A stretch of 64,000 nt of DNA, taken from assembly GCF_006345805.1 (NCBI RefSeq), contig NW_021832262.1:1-64000 (forward strand), in the 5' to 3' direction. Source of the DNA: Octopus sinensis. Its lineage: Eukaryota. Shown here in pieces: positions 25,726 to 38,682 of this stretch. Numbering within the stretch: position 1 is the stretch's first letter; every line of letters starts with the position of its first letter. Under the pieces are notes generated by a model. It saw nothing but the letters and a program-made list of their open reading frames with translations. It did not search any database and was not told where the DNA came from. Made by a program: the position numbers and the translations under genes.

Positions 25726-26270
25726 GCCCTCATGCAGTACCAGGCAGTGGCTCTCGTGGCTTCTGATCTTAACTGATTGGAAGTGTTATCATGTACATTG
25801 TTTTGTCTTGGTATAAAAGATGGGCTACAGCAAATATTCTGCTCAATACCACAGATTTGCTTGTCAGTTGTTTGACCTTAACCAGTTGAGCATGTCCCTT
25901 AGTGGCTGACGATATGTGCATCGCTGATCACGAGCAGAAGTAGTGGGGGAGCATGTGTTGAGAGGAATTCTTTGGGGTTTGAATAATTCATCCCTGGAAA
26001 CATGGGTGTTTCATTCAACATCCTTAAACAACCCTTATTCAGGGACTATTTGAGCAGGATGGGTTACTCAACCAGAAGAAAATTCTAACAGGGCACCACC
26101 TGCAAGGTTATGTGCTGTTTATCTTGATATGAGATCACCATGTTGCGCACATATGGTTGTGATACATGATAAGGTGCACTCTTATCAGACAGGTAGTCAT
26201 GATGGGTATACTGGGCTTCGTATATTTTACCCCAGTGTCACTTTGATGGCATGCACTGCTCTCTCACTCA
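25726..26270 (+). mobile_element. Non-autonomous non-LTR element of about 545 bp embedded in (AAT)n (Dong/R4-like targeting)
   Basis: (AAT)n on both sides; a shorter copy at 27247-27584 shares the same 3' end, as expected from 5' truncation. Confidence 0.65.
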
Positions 26271-26309
26271 ATAATAATAATAATAATAATAATAATATTA
26301 ATAATAATC

Positions 26310-26534
26310 TTTTCTACTATAGGCACAAGGTCTGAAATTTGAGGGGAGAGGGATAATCGATTACATTGACTCCAGTGCTCACCTGGTATTTATTTTACCA
26401 ACCCCAAAAAAGGATGATAGGCAGAGTCAACCTTGGTGGAATTTGAACTCAGAATGTAAAGACAGACGAAATGCCGCTAAGCATTTTGCCTGGTATGCTA
26501 ACAGTTCTGCCAGCTCACCACCTTAATAATGATG

Positions 26535-26609
<75 letters not shown>

Positions 26610-26625
26610 TGATGATGATGATGGG

Positions 26626-26691
<66 letters not shown>

Positions 26692-27070
26692 GATGATGAT
26701 GATAATAATAATAATAATAATAACAATATCCTACGCAAAATACTTTCTATGTAATCTCAAGGTTTAAAACAAACATAATTTCCGCTTTTTTTTTTTAGAC
26801 ATTCACTAGTACAACACCAAAAAAACAAAACAAATATATATTTCTTTACTGCCCACAAGTGGCAAAACATAGAGGGGACAAACAAGGACAGACAAAGGGA
26901 TTAAGTCGATTACATCGACCCCAGTGCGTAACTGGTACTTTATTTATCGACCCCAAAAGGATAAAAGGCAAAGTCGACCTCGGCGGAATTTGAACTCAGA
27001 ACATAACGGCAGACGAAATACGGTAACGCATTTCGCCCGGCGTGCTAATGTTTCTGCCAGCTCACCGCCT
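26310..27070 (-). mobile_element. Two Meta-type SINEs (about 26310-26522 and 26845-27070)
   Basis: Reverse-complement match to the consensus. Confidence 0.85.
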
Positions 27071-27195
27071 TTGATAACAAATATATGGCACACTAGGCAT
27101 AACAACAACATGAACTTCCAACCTGTTGCCTCTTGAGGTCTCTGGGTGAGACTTGGAGTCATCTTGTACAAATATAAAGCAAAAGTCAAACATAG

Positions 27196-27228
<33 letters not shown>

Positions 27229-27246
27229 TAATAATAATAATAATAA

Positions 27247-27584
27247 GTGGGGGAGCATCATAGCCATGTGTTGAGAGGGATTCTTTGGGGTTTGAATAAT
27301 TCACCTCTGGAGACATGGGTGGTTTTTTCAACATCCTTAAACAACCCTTATTCAGGGACCGTTTGAGCAGGATGGGCTATTCAACCTGAAGAAAATTCTA
27401 ACTGGGCCCCAACTGCGAGGTCATGTGCAGTTTATCTTGATATGAGATCACCATGTCGCGCACATATGGTTGTGATGCATGTGCCTGGTGTGCCCTTATC
27501 AGACGGGTAGTCATGATGGGTATATTGGGCTTCGTATATTTTACCCCAGTGTCACTTTGATGGCATGAGCTGCTCTCTCACTCA
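27247..27584 (+). mobile_element. 5'-truncated copy of the (AAT)n-targeted element
   Basis: Collinear with about 25945-26270 and flanked by (AAT)n. Confidence 0.75.
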
Positions 27585-27892
27585 ATAATAATAATAATAA
27601 TGATAATGATAACGATAGTAACCCTTGTTTTAAGATTCTCTTTTGATGCTAGCTGGTTACACATGTCTGTGGAGTGCTCAGCCACTTGCACATTAATTTC
27701 ACGAGCAGGCAGTTCTGTTGATCGGATCGACTGGAACTCTTGTTATGGTAATCAACAGAGCACCACTTAATTACCTTATCTGTCAAACTGCTGCATTCAG
27801 CCAGAATAACTGCTCCTTCTGCAAAATCCCCATTAATCCTTTCGTTACCGTATTTCTTTTGAGATGCTCTGCTATTCTTTCAATTACTTTAA

Positions 27893-28337
27893 CCCTTTAG
27901 TGTTTAACCCTTTACTGTTTGCATTATTCTACCAAAATTAATTCTTTTTCATCCACTTTGTTTTGAACTAATCATACATTGTCTTGTAGCTATGAGATTT
28001 TGATGAGGTAGCTGTTAATTTTGAAAACGATATTGTAGGGTTGGTGTGAGAGGTCTGACCTGGTCAGTTTGAACATAAAACAGGCAGAATACTTTTGACC
28101 GGATATGGCCGGTTTAAATACTAAAGGGTTAAACTGGTCATATCAGGCCAAAATTGTCTTCCTGTTATATGCTCAAACCAGCCAGCTCTGACCTCTCACA
28201 CCTACCCTACAAAGTCATTCTAAAAATAAACAGGGACATCATCAAAATCTCAGAGTCACAAGATGCTGTACAATAAATTTAAAACAATGTAATTAAACAG
28301 GCTTTACATTTGACAGAGTAATATGAATGATAAAGGG
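27893..28337. mobile_element. Fold-back dimer of a piggyBac-type MITE inserted at TTAA inside another piggyBac-type MITE
   Basis: TTAA at 27889-92 and 28338-41; CCCTTTAG...AAAGGG termini; central inverted repeat gatatggccggtttaa / ttaaac(t)gg(t)catatc; the host MITE resumes at 28342. Confidence 0.8.
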
Positions 28338-28341
28338 TTAA

Positions 28342-28807
28342 ATATAACAAAAAATCTAGTGAAATAACTTAGTTACCATTAAGCTAGTTTTAGGAGCATA
28401 AATTGTGACTAAGGTTTGGTGAAAGATTTTAATTCAGAACTTTCGAAAACAAGACATTTGTACTACAGAGCCAGAGGTGGTTTCAGCTGGGTTGGTATCA
28501 AAATGGTTAAGACGGGAAGAACTAGCAGAGGCTTAAGGTGTCTTCATACTTATGTATCATTCATTTTTACATCTGTTTTAACACTTTTGTTACAATGTTT
28601 CTGTTGAGAGACTCTGTGTTTCTTTCAATTAATTTTAAATGTAACAAAGAATCTAGTGAAACAACTTTGTTATTATTAAGCTAGTGTTAGGAACATAAAT
28701 TGTGACTAAGGTTTGGTGGAAGATTTTAATTAAAAACTTTTGGAAATAAGACATTTGTACTACAGACCCAGAGTCGGTTTCAGCCAGGTTGGTAACAAAA
28801 GGGTTAA
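28342..28807. mobile_element. Two copies of a second piggyBac-type MITE family
   Basis: Both end in ...aaaa(t/g)ggTTAA; same family as 59774-60558. Confidence 0.75.
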
Positions 28808-29550
28808 GAACACTCACCTCTCATCCATTCTCCACATTCTCTAACCCAATAGTTTTCAACCAGGGTTCCGCCAGTACAGTCTAGGGGTTCCGCAAGAAGT
28901 TACCAAAACTGCTAAAATCGGCAGTAATTTTTAATTCTCCTGTGCAGATATGTGTGCATAAGACTATTAAATTATTGAACAGGGGTTCCCCGAGCCAGTG
29001 GAATGCTTCCTTGGGGTTCCGCTCCAGCAAAAAGTTTGAAAAGCACTGTTATATCTAAATCAATGCAAAGACATACAGACACACACATTAATACAGTGGT
29101 TTTCAACCAGGGTTCTGCGGAACCTTAGGGTTCCGCCAGTACAGTCTAGGGGTTCCGCAAGAAGTTACAAAACTGCTAAAATCGGCAGTAATTTTTAATT
29201 CTCCTGTGCAGATATGTGTGCATAAGACTATTAAATTATTACACAGGGGTTCCTCGAGCCAGTGGAATGCTTCCTTGGGGTTCCGCTCCAGCAAAAAATT
29301 GAAAAGCACTGCTCTAACCTTTCATAGAGGTTCTTCCATGTCCTTCTTTTCAGGGTCACTAAGTGCACTAAACCATTATCCATCCAATCCAATACACACA
29401 TTTCTCTTTCACAATATCTCAGTTCTCTCTGGATTGGTTTTGCAATCTGGAACACCTCACGCTGTAAGACGTTGGCAGATTTCTTCCTTTGTGTATCTCC
29501 CGTTGCTAAGTAAACCTGTTGCTTAGCTTCTCTTCTGGCATCCCTGATAT
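28808..29550 (-). mobile_element. RTE-clade LINE internal fragment split by the hAT dimer
   Basis: Minus translation ARREAKQQVYL...EVFQIAK...WKNLYERLE continues as NVENG once the MITE and one TSD copy are removed. RTE assignment is from recall. Confidence 0.6.
28847..29311 (-). mobile_element. Composite hAT MITE dimer with 8-bp TSD CTCTAACC
   Basis: Units at 28847-29048 (internal deletion) and 29094-29311; the 45-bp spacer is the exact reverse complement of 17445-17489; TSD at 28839-46 and 29312-19. Confidence 0.92.
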
Positions 29551-29575
29551 AATTCTCTGCTCATACATACATACA

Positions 29576-29606
<31 letters not shown>

Positions 29607-29909
29607 GTACTTACATACATACATACATACGTACATACATACATTCATACATACCTATTTGTTGACAGAAACTGAAAGAAGCCTAGTGTATATATGTATA
29701 TATATGTGTGTGTGTGTATGTTTGTGTCCCTAGCATTGCTTGACAGCCAATGCTGGTATGTTTATGTCCCTCTAACGTAGCAGTTCAGCAAAAGAGACCG
29801 ATAGAATAAGCACTGGGCTTACACAGAATAAGTCCCAGGGTCGATTTGCTCAACTAAAGGTGGTGCTCCAGCATGGCCGCAGTCAAATGACTGAAACAAG
29901 TAAAAGAGT

Positions 29910-30296
29910 GGATGGAAGCACTCCGTCGGTTACGACGATGAGGGTTCCGGTTGATCCGAATCAACGGAACAGCCTGCTCGTGAAATTAACGTGTAAGTGG
30001 CTGAGCACTCCACAGACACGTGTACCCTTAATGTAGTTCTCGGGGATATTCAGCATGACACAGAGAGTGACAAGGCCGGCCCTTTGAAATACAGGTACAA
30101 CAGAAACAGGAAGTAAGAGCAAGAGAAAGTTGTGGTGAAAGAGTACAGCAGGGATCACCACCATCCCTGCCGGTGCCTCGTGGAGCTTTAGGTGTTTTCG
30201 CTCAATAAACACTCACAACGCCCGGTCTGGGAATCGAAACTGCGATCCTATGACCGCGAGTCCGCTGCCCTAACCACTGGGCCATTGCGCCTCCAC
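29910..30296 (-). mobile_element. Full-length tRNA-Arg-headed (OR-type) SINE inserted in a CORE-SINE tail
   Basis: tRNA-like head with A/B boxes at the right end; probable TSD AGTAAAAGAGT at 29899-29909 and 30297-30307 (the host tail is itself repetitive). Confidence 0.85.
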
Positions 30297-30714
30297 AGTA
30301 AAAGAGTAAAAGTGTATATACATATATATGTGTGTGTGTATGTATAAAATTATCAGATATGTATATATTTTTTTTGTTTTACTTGTGGGGCTTGTGTGTA
30401 TAAACTGTTTAACGTCATTTGAAAAAAACATTTTTATATTTCATTCAGGACAAGTCATTGAATGAATCTTTTCTGTATATCTGTGTGTGTGTTGTGTGTG
30501 TGTGTGTGTTTGTGTGGTGGTGGTGGGGGGAGGTCAAAGGTCATAATATTTTGACCTTTACTATGGCTGCACACTTGTTTCTGAATGAAGCCGAAATATA
30601 GTCAGAATTTCAGAATTTGAGGCAACTGCTTCCTGTTTTTGTCACCCGTTTCTGAAGACTAACCAGTAATTGTGGGTAGCTTGTTGGGGGCGTTGCTGCC
30701 TGCTGTAGTCATTG

Positions 30715-30733
30715 GCGATGACAACGACAATGT

Positions 30734-30775
<42 letters not shown>

Positions 30776-31029
30776 CAGAGTTTGTGAATGTTGGTCACAG
30801 GCTGGTCTCCTCTCGTCCACCGCCACCACCACCACCACCACCACCATCACTACCACTGCTACCAAATGGTATATTTGACCCATTAACCCTCAGCCAGACC
30901 CTCCCACACAGGCTCATTAAGTAATTATATGGATGAGAGGCACAAGTGGGATGGAAGCGGGGGAGGGGTGCGGGGGGGGGCAACAGATAAAAGACAAAAA
31001 TATATCGAAAATAATAATAATAAAAAAAC

Positions 31030-31069
<40 letters not shown>

Positions 31070-31132
31070 GTAATAATAATAATAATAACAACAACAACAA
31101 TAATAATAATAATAGTAATAATAATAATAATA

Positions 31133-31168
<36 letters not shown>

Positions 31169-31423
31169 GTAATAATAATAATAATAACAATAATATTAAT
31201 AATAACAATAATAGTAATAATAATAATAATAATAGTAATAATAATAATAACAATAATAGTAATAATAATAATAGTAATAATAATAATAACAATAATAGTA
31301 ATAATAACAATAATAGTAATAATAACAATAATAGTAATAATAACAATAATAGTAATAATAATAATAATAGTAATAATAACAATAATAGTAATAATAATAA
31401 TAGTAATAATAATAATAATAATA

Positions 31424-31462
<39 letters not shown>

Positions 31463-31624
31463 GTAATAATAATATATAATAATAATAATAACAATAATAG
31501 TATAATAATAATAATATAATAATAATAATAATAGTAATATACAATAATAGTAATAATAACAATAATAATAATAATAATAGTAATAATAATAATAATAATA
31601 ATGATAATAATAATAACAATAATA

Positions 31625-31662
<38 letters not shown>

Positions 31663-31768
31663 TAATAATAACAATAATAGTAATAATAACAATAATAGTA
31701 ATAATAACAATAATAGTAATAATAATAATAGTAATAATAATAATAATAATAATGATAATAATAATAAC

Positions 31769-31800
<32 letters not shown>
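30715..31800. repeat. (GAT)n, (CAC)n and a long mosaic (AAT/AGT/AAC)n microsatellite
   Basis: Direct reading; source of the 274-aa and 355-aa spurious ORFs. Confidence 0.95.
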
Positions 31801-31805
<5 letters not shown>

Positions 31806-31891
31806 GATAATTGGTATTTTTGCCTGTCATATCATCTGCCATGTTTAGTAAAAATGGGCAAGTTGATTCCTTTGGAACAATGCATCTATCT

Positions 31892-31930
<39 letters not shown>

Positions 31931-32690
31931 GCTATAATTTTAATATTTATTTCATTTTCCCCCACTTTTGTAATATTGAAACAATTTCTCATTCATAAAA
32001 ATGGATCCAGCAAGAAAAGAACTAAAACAAAAACGAAAAAAAATAAAACCAAAAGCACAAGAAAAGACTAAATTACCATAGGTAGCTTGTCGTGCTTGAA
32101 ATAACAGCCAAATTTATCTCAAATCAAAAGGAACCACCATCGATAATTGTTTTACTGCGATATGAAAACTTGTTGGTAGTTGGTAGCTTATTCATAATGA
32201 GCTTGAATGAAATTCCTCTATCTTCAAACAAGGGGTGTCACATTGTATAATGTACTCTTAGATAGACATAACCAATGGGATCATTATTGGTAGAATTTTT
32301 TTGTTAAATTTTGCTCACTCGAGGTTGACTTTCAGATAAACAACTAATTAGTTATGTCATTAAGCAAGGTCTCGCTTTAAGTTCGTTAATATTGTTTTGA
32401 TATTATTTTTCTTGGAGCAGTCAATAAAATGTCTTGCTGTATTTGTTTTTAGTTCAAACATTCTTGGTTCAAATTCTACCAAAGTCAGCTTTGCCTTTCT
32501 TCCTTTAGGGTCAGTAAAATAAAGTACCAACCAAATACTGAGGTCAATATAATCAACTATCCCCTTCATACACAGTGCCCTCAAAATTGTTGGCTTTACA
32601 CCTGTATTAAAAATACTGAAATCCCTAAGAATTTTTATGAAATTCACTTAAATTTTCTGAGACAATTTTCTGAAGCCCGTCGTATATATG

Positions 32691-32731
<41 letters not shown>

Positions 32732-33739
32732 TTTTATGTCTGTGTTTGTCCCCCCCGTCATCGCTTGACAACCAATGGTGGTGTGTTTATGTCACCGAAA
32801 CTTAGCGTTTCAGCAATAGAGACTGATAGAATAAGTTGTTTTGTTTGTTTTCCAAAAGTGACATGGCACCTGATGAAATTGTTCTCATATTTTAACCAAA
32901 GAATCAATTATATACCATTTCCAAAGTGATTCAAAAGAGTAAGACGAAGGCTTCTCGTGTTATGCGTCTGTATTTTTTTGGTCTTGTTTTTCCGCTGTTG
33001 GTCACTTGCTCAGCAACCTCAGATCACCAGACACAGATGAGGTTGACATTACCAAAACCAAAATTTCTGGGACACATGGATTCTAGCACCATTTTTGATG
33101 ACTACAAGACATATTCATCATGTGGTGCAATAGAGCCAAGAGATGGAATGGCAGCACCTTTCTGAAAAGAATTAAATGTGGAGTTACAGATGATCTCCTC
33201 CATCAGACTCTGGGCACCTGATGAAATTGTTGTTCTCATATTTTGACCACAGAATCAGTTATATACCATTTCTAAAATGATTAAAAAAAAGATAAAGGCT
33301 TCTTGGAAAATGTGTCTGTATTTTTTGGTCTGGGCCAGGACAGCTAGACTTCTTTAGACATTTAGAAACTTCCCTGGCAATGCCTCACCCTTTCACATTA
33401 GGTGAAATCAAAGAGGTTGGGATTGCATTTTTTTATGCACAATGGAAATGCGTAGGGTTAGCATATATGAAAAGAGGGTACAAAATCCTTACAAAATCTG
33501 CTCAGACAATTCCAACTGGATTTCTTGAATGTGCTTGTGTGAACGTTGATCAAAGATAATGGGTCATTGTACCTCGATTGTGTTCATTGGGTTAGCAGAC
33601 AACTGAAACAAGGGCAGGGTGTCTCAATAGAAATATGGTAACAAAAGGGTTATAGTATTGCTCTTATCAGTCTGAGTGTTCTGTGACTGATTTGAGATTG
33701 TCCCTTGTTCTGTGTTAGAAACTTCCTATTTTAAAATGT

Positions 33740-34470
33740 AAGGTGTACACAATTTAAACTCGTCAATTAAACAGACTGCAAATTTGTAATCTGCGTCATT
33801 AACTTAAATGGGATACATAAGAAAGGACCCAGTCACTGGAAATTTGAATGCAGGGAGCATATTAGCTAGCTTATCAATCAGCAATTGGCAGGGGGCAAGG
33901 TGTTCCCAATTTAAACTGGATAGACTAAACTGATTGCAAATTTGTAATGTGCACCATCAATTCAAAGAAGGTTCACAAGCAAGGGCCCAGTTACTGGAAA
34001 TTTGAATGTGTTTTTCATGGTATGCAAAAAATACAGGGAGCAGATTGGCAAGCTTATCAATCAGCAATTGGCAGGGGCCAAGGTGTTCACCATTTAAATT
34101 GGTCAGATTAAACTGACTGCAAATTTGTAATCTGTGCCATTAATTCTTTTCTACTCTAGGCACAAGGCCCGAAATTTGGGAGAAAGGGGCCAGTCGATTA
34201 AATTGACCCCAGTGCACAACTGGTACTTTATTTATCGACCCCGAAAGGATGAAAGACAAAGTCGACCTCGGCGGAATTTGAACTCAGAACGTAAAGACAG
34301 ACGAAATACTCCTAAGCATTTTGCCCAGCGTGCAAACGTTTCTGCCAGCTCGCGGCCTGAAGGTTCATAAGCAAGGACCCATTCACTGGAAGTTTGAATG
34401 TGTCTTTCATGACATGCAAAAAACACTGAGAGCAGATTAGCAAGCTTATCAGTCAGTAAATGGCAAGGGG
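33740..34470. repeat. Old, diverged tandem repeat of about 160-185 bp x 3; third unit interrupted by a minus-strand Meta-type SINE (about 34146-34357)
   Basis: The anchor aaac(a/t)ga(c/t)tgcaaatttgtaat recurs near 33770, 33928 and 34111. Confidence 0.8.
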
Positions 34471-35199
34471 CAATCATCACTCACATTAATGTTGAAGAGA
34501 AATATCAAATATGAATTGGCAGAAATAGATGAGAACACTAGAAGAGGAGACTGACAAAGACATCATGACAGTGTGATAGTAGACTGAATGGCTCTTGACC
34601 ATTTCTTCAATACAAAACACAAAGGCTCTGCTGTTAGAACTAGTCTTCATGCACTAAAACAAGAAGGAACAAAAGGCATTCAAGAGGCAAAAAGATTCGT
34701 GGTGCGGTGCGGTGCAGTGTGGTAAAATATGTATCATAGTTCAGACTACTTGAAGAAGAAGAAGCAGAAAACAGAGCTGGGTGCCATTTAGGTTTTTCAC
34801 TAAAGAACCAGAAATACCATATTTTTAGTGAAACATCTGTTGTAAAAAAGATTTGAGAAAAGAACAACAGCAACAACAACAGCAGCAACAACAACAACAT
34901 AAATTTTACTGACTGCATTGCGTGTTCTGTAGTTTGATGTGTGTATGTGTGTGACCTTATTATTTGTGGGGTATAAAGTGGGTTGAAGTAACTCAGGGAA
35001 GTAGTTCTGGTTGGCAGCAGACAAAAAAAAAAACTAAAAATTTTTCTTTTTTTTTCTCCACCCCCCCCTTATTTTTACTGTGTGTGAAGGTTAGAGCAAC
35101 TGATGCATATGCCAATTGTATGCTAAAAGATGTTAATGAAACGTGATGAATTGAAGAAGACCAAAGAGGTGAGGAGAAATGTACAGAATAAATATATTG

Positions 35200-35400
35200 G
35201 ATACACACACACACACGTATATATATACATATATATGTACATATATATACGTATATATATGTGTGTGTATATATATATATATATATATGTATATTATGTA
35301 TGTATATATATATGTATATATATGTATGTATGTATGTATATATATGTATATATATTTATATGTATATATGTATATATATGTATATATATATATATGTATA

Positions 35401-35432
<32 letters not shown>

Positions 35433-35486
35433 ATATATATATATATATGTGTATATATATGTATATATATATATGTATATATATAT

Positions 35487-35540
<54 letters not shown>

Positions 35541-35640
35541 ATATATATATGTATATATATATATGTATATATATATATGTGTGTATATATATATATGTGT
35601 ATGTATATATGTATATGTGTGTGTATGAATGTGAGATATA
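35200..35640. repeat. (AT)n/(ATGT)n microsatellite
   Basis: Direct reading. Confidence 0.95.
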
Positions 35641-35994
35641 ATATAAATTGAGAGCTAGGCTAGCTCAATAGGAGTCTTAGCAATAGTGGCCATTCATTAT
35701 AAATGCTGACATATAGAGCTGAGATGAAGATTTGTCAGATAAAAAGGTCACAGGGAAAAGCTAGATGCTACGTTAGACTCAAGTAGAAAGAGGTATCGAC
35801 CAGTTTGATATTGTTCTTTAGCATGGAGTTTGGTGCTGAAGAACATGGCCCTCCATGTACTTTACTAGTTGATTTTATTTTTTTCATTTCTTCTTGTAAA
35901 GCTGGCGGTAAGGATTTCTTTAACATTATCTGCCTCTCTGTCTGTTTCTCTCTCTCTCTCTCTTTGTTTACACACACACACACATATATATATG

Positions 35995-36383
35995 TGTGTG
36001 TGGCTGTGTGGTAAGTAGCTCGCTTACCAACCACATGGTTCTGGGTTCAGTCCTACTGTTTGGCAACTTGGGCAAGTGTCTTCTACTATACCCTCAGGTC
36101 AACCAAAGCCTTGTGAGTGGATTTCGTAGACAGAAACTGAAAGAAGCCCATCGTATTAGACGTTCGGCAAAAGAGACTTATAGAATAAGTACTGGGCTTA
36201 CAAAAAATCAGTCCTGGGGGTTAATTTATTCAACTAAAACCTTTTAAGGTGGTGCTCCAGCATGGCCACAGTCACATGACTAAAGAAGTTAATGAATAAA
36301 AGAATGTGTGTGTGTTCTACTATAGCCTCATGTTGACCAAAGCCTTGTGAGTGGATTTGGTAGATGGAAACTGAAAGAAACCT

Positions 36384-36423
<40 letters not shown>

Positions 36424-36739
36424 TATATATGTATGTATATGTATATATGTATATATATGTATATATGTATATATGTGTGTGTGTGTGTTTGTGTGTATAC
36501 ATGTATATACATGTGTGTGTGTGTTTGCTATTTGTGTCTAAGTTTCTTTCCCTACAGTCGCTTGACAACCGATATCGGTGTCACTTAGCAGTTCAGCAAA
36601 AGAGATCGATAAAGTAAATACCAGGCTTACAAGAAATAAGTCCTAGGGTCGATTTGTTTGACTAAAGGTGGTGCTCCAGCATGGCCACAGTCACATGACT
36701 GAAACAAGTAAAAGAATAAAAGAATAAAAGAATTAAAGA

Positions 36740-36782
<43 letters not shown>

Positions 36783-36915
36783 CACACACCTGCACGCACA
36801 CACATATCTGTGTATGTTTCTATAGGTAGATCCTGGGGTTGATTTGTTTGACTAAATGTGGTGCTCCAGCATGGCCACAGTCATATGACTGAAACAAGTA
36901 AAAGAATAAGAGAAT
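35995..36915 (+). mobile_element. Three partial CORE-type SINEs in tandem
   Basis: Matches the consensus with internal deletions; shared variant gtca(c/t)atgact. Confidence 0.8.
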
Positions 36916-37745
36916 AAAATAATACACACCTGCACACGCACCGGCACACACCTACACACGCACACATACCTGTGTATGTATCTACAGGTAGAAGAAGCAT
37001 GAACTTTACCTGGTCATAATTTACCGACCACCAGAAGGTAGACGGCAAACTACCAATAGTGTGGTGCCCCAGAATGACCAGTGCCCAAAGATGGAAAACC
37101 ACCTAAAGGAAAAACAGAACCAATTGCTCATCTCGTTAATTTATTTTTTTTCCATTTTAGCCAACAGCAACAGAGAATAAATAATGTCTGTGTGCATTGG
37201 ATAGAAGGTCGTTGCTGGTAGAAGAATCGGTTAATAGGTTACTGAACTGAACTGAGCGGTCGATCAATATAGAATAGCAAAACAGTATCGGAACGGCGAT
37301 GGTGGTGGTGGTGGTGGTGGTGGTTTGAGTGGATTAACAGTGGACATATTTATGACGGAGAAACTGATTTAAGACTGGATATTCGGTGATGGTGGCAGTG
37401 GCAGTGTTGGTGGTGGTGGTGGTGGTGGTGGTTGGTAGCTGTTTGACTTAAAGAAAAGTCAGAGTTTGATTAATGTGTCTCTCTTAGAGTACATTTCAAC
37501 TTGCTGCTGTTTTCATGCCAACTGCTGGAACTTACCATTTGTAATTTCCAATTTTTCACAATTAGACTTATTGCACGAATATATGCGCGCGTGTGTATCT
37601 CTTGTCTTTTATCTTCTGTCTTTTACTTGTATCAGTCATTAAACTTTGGCCATGCTGGGGCACCACCTTGAAGCATTTAGTCAAATAAATCGGTCCCAGT
37701 ACTTATTTTTATATTTATTATTATTATTTTTTCTTGTTTGTTTAA

Positions 37746-38154
37746 CCCTTTAGTGTTCGCATTATTCTGCCAAAATAAATGCTTTTTCATCCACATTGCC
37801 TTGAACTAATCATGCATTATCTTGTAGCTTAGAGATTTTGATGAGGTAGCTGTTAATTTTTAAAACGATATTGTAGGGCTGGTGTGAAAGACCAGATCTG
37901 GCCAGTTTGAACATAAAACAGGCAGAATACTTTTGGCCGGATATGGCCGGTTTAATACTAAAGGGTTAAACCGGCCATATCAGGCCAAAGTTGTCTTCCT
38001 GTTATATGCTCAAACCAGCCAGCTCTGACCTCTCACACCTACCCTACAAAGTTTATTCTAAAAATAAACAGGGACATCATCAAAATCTCAGAGTCACAAG
38101 ATGCTGTACAATTAATTTGACAGAGCAAATGCTAAAGGGTTAAATGCTAAAGGG
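37746..38154. mobile_element. Second fold-back piggyBac-type MITE dimer
   Basis: TTAA at 37742-45 and 38155-58; same central junction and diagnostic bases as the 27.9-kb copy. Confidence 0.8.
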
Positions 38155-38217
38155 TTAAGCCTTCTACCCATGCTATCACTCTCTCTTTTAGAGAAGACAT
38201 CATAATCACACACAGAT

Positions 38218-38628
38218 ACTCTTTACTCTTTTACTTGTTTCAGTCATTTGACTGTGGCCATGCTGGAGCACTGCCTTTAGTCGAGCAAATCAACCCCAGG
38301 ACTTATTCTTTGTAAGCCTAGCACTTATTCTATCGGACTCTTTTGCCGAACTGCTAGGTTACGGGGACATAAACACACCACCATCAGTTATCAAGCGATG
38401 TTGGTGGGACAAACACAGACACACAAACATATACACACACATACATATACATATAGATACATATACGATGGGCTTCTTCCAGTTTCCGTGAACCAAATCC
38501 AGCCACAAGGCTTTGGTTGGCCTGAGGCTATAGTAGAAGACACTTCCCAAAGGTGCCATGCAGTGGGACTGAACCCAGAACCATGTGGTTGGTAAGCAAG
38601 CTACTTACCACACAGCCACTACTGTGCC
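38218..38628 (-). mobile_element. CORE-type SINE, full length
   Basis: Reverse complement of the consensus. Confidence 0.9.
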
Positions 38629-38632
38629 TACA

Positions 38633-38682
<50 letters not shown>

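Noticed and set aside
32865-33335. CTGATGA hammerhead-like core in a duplicated ~130-bp segment
   Set aside because: No stem II followed by GAAA in either copy; recorded only as an old local duplication.
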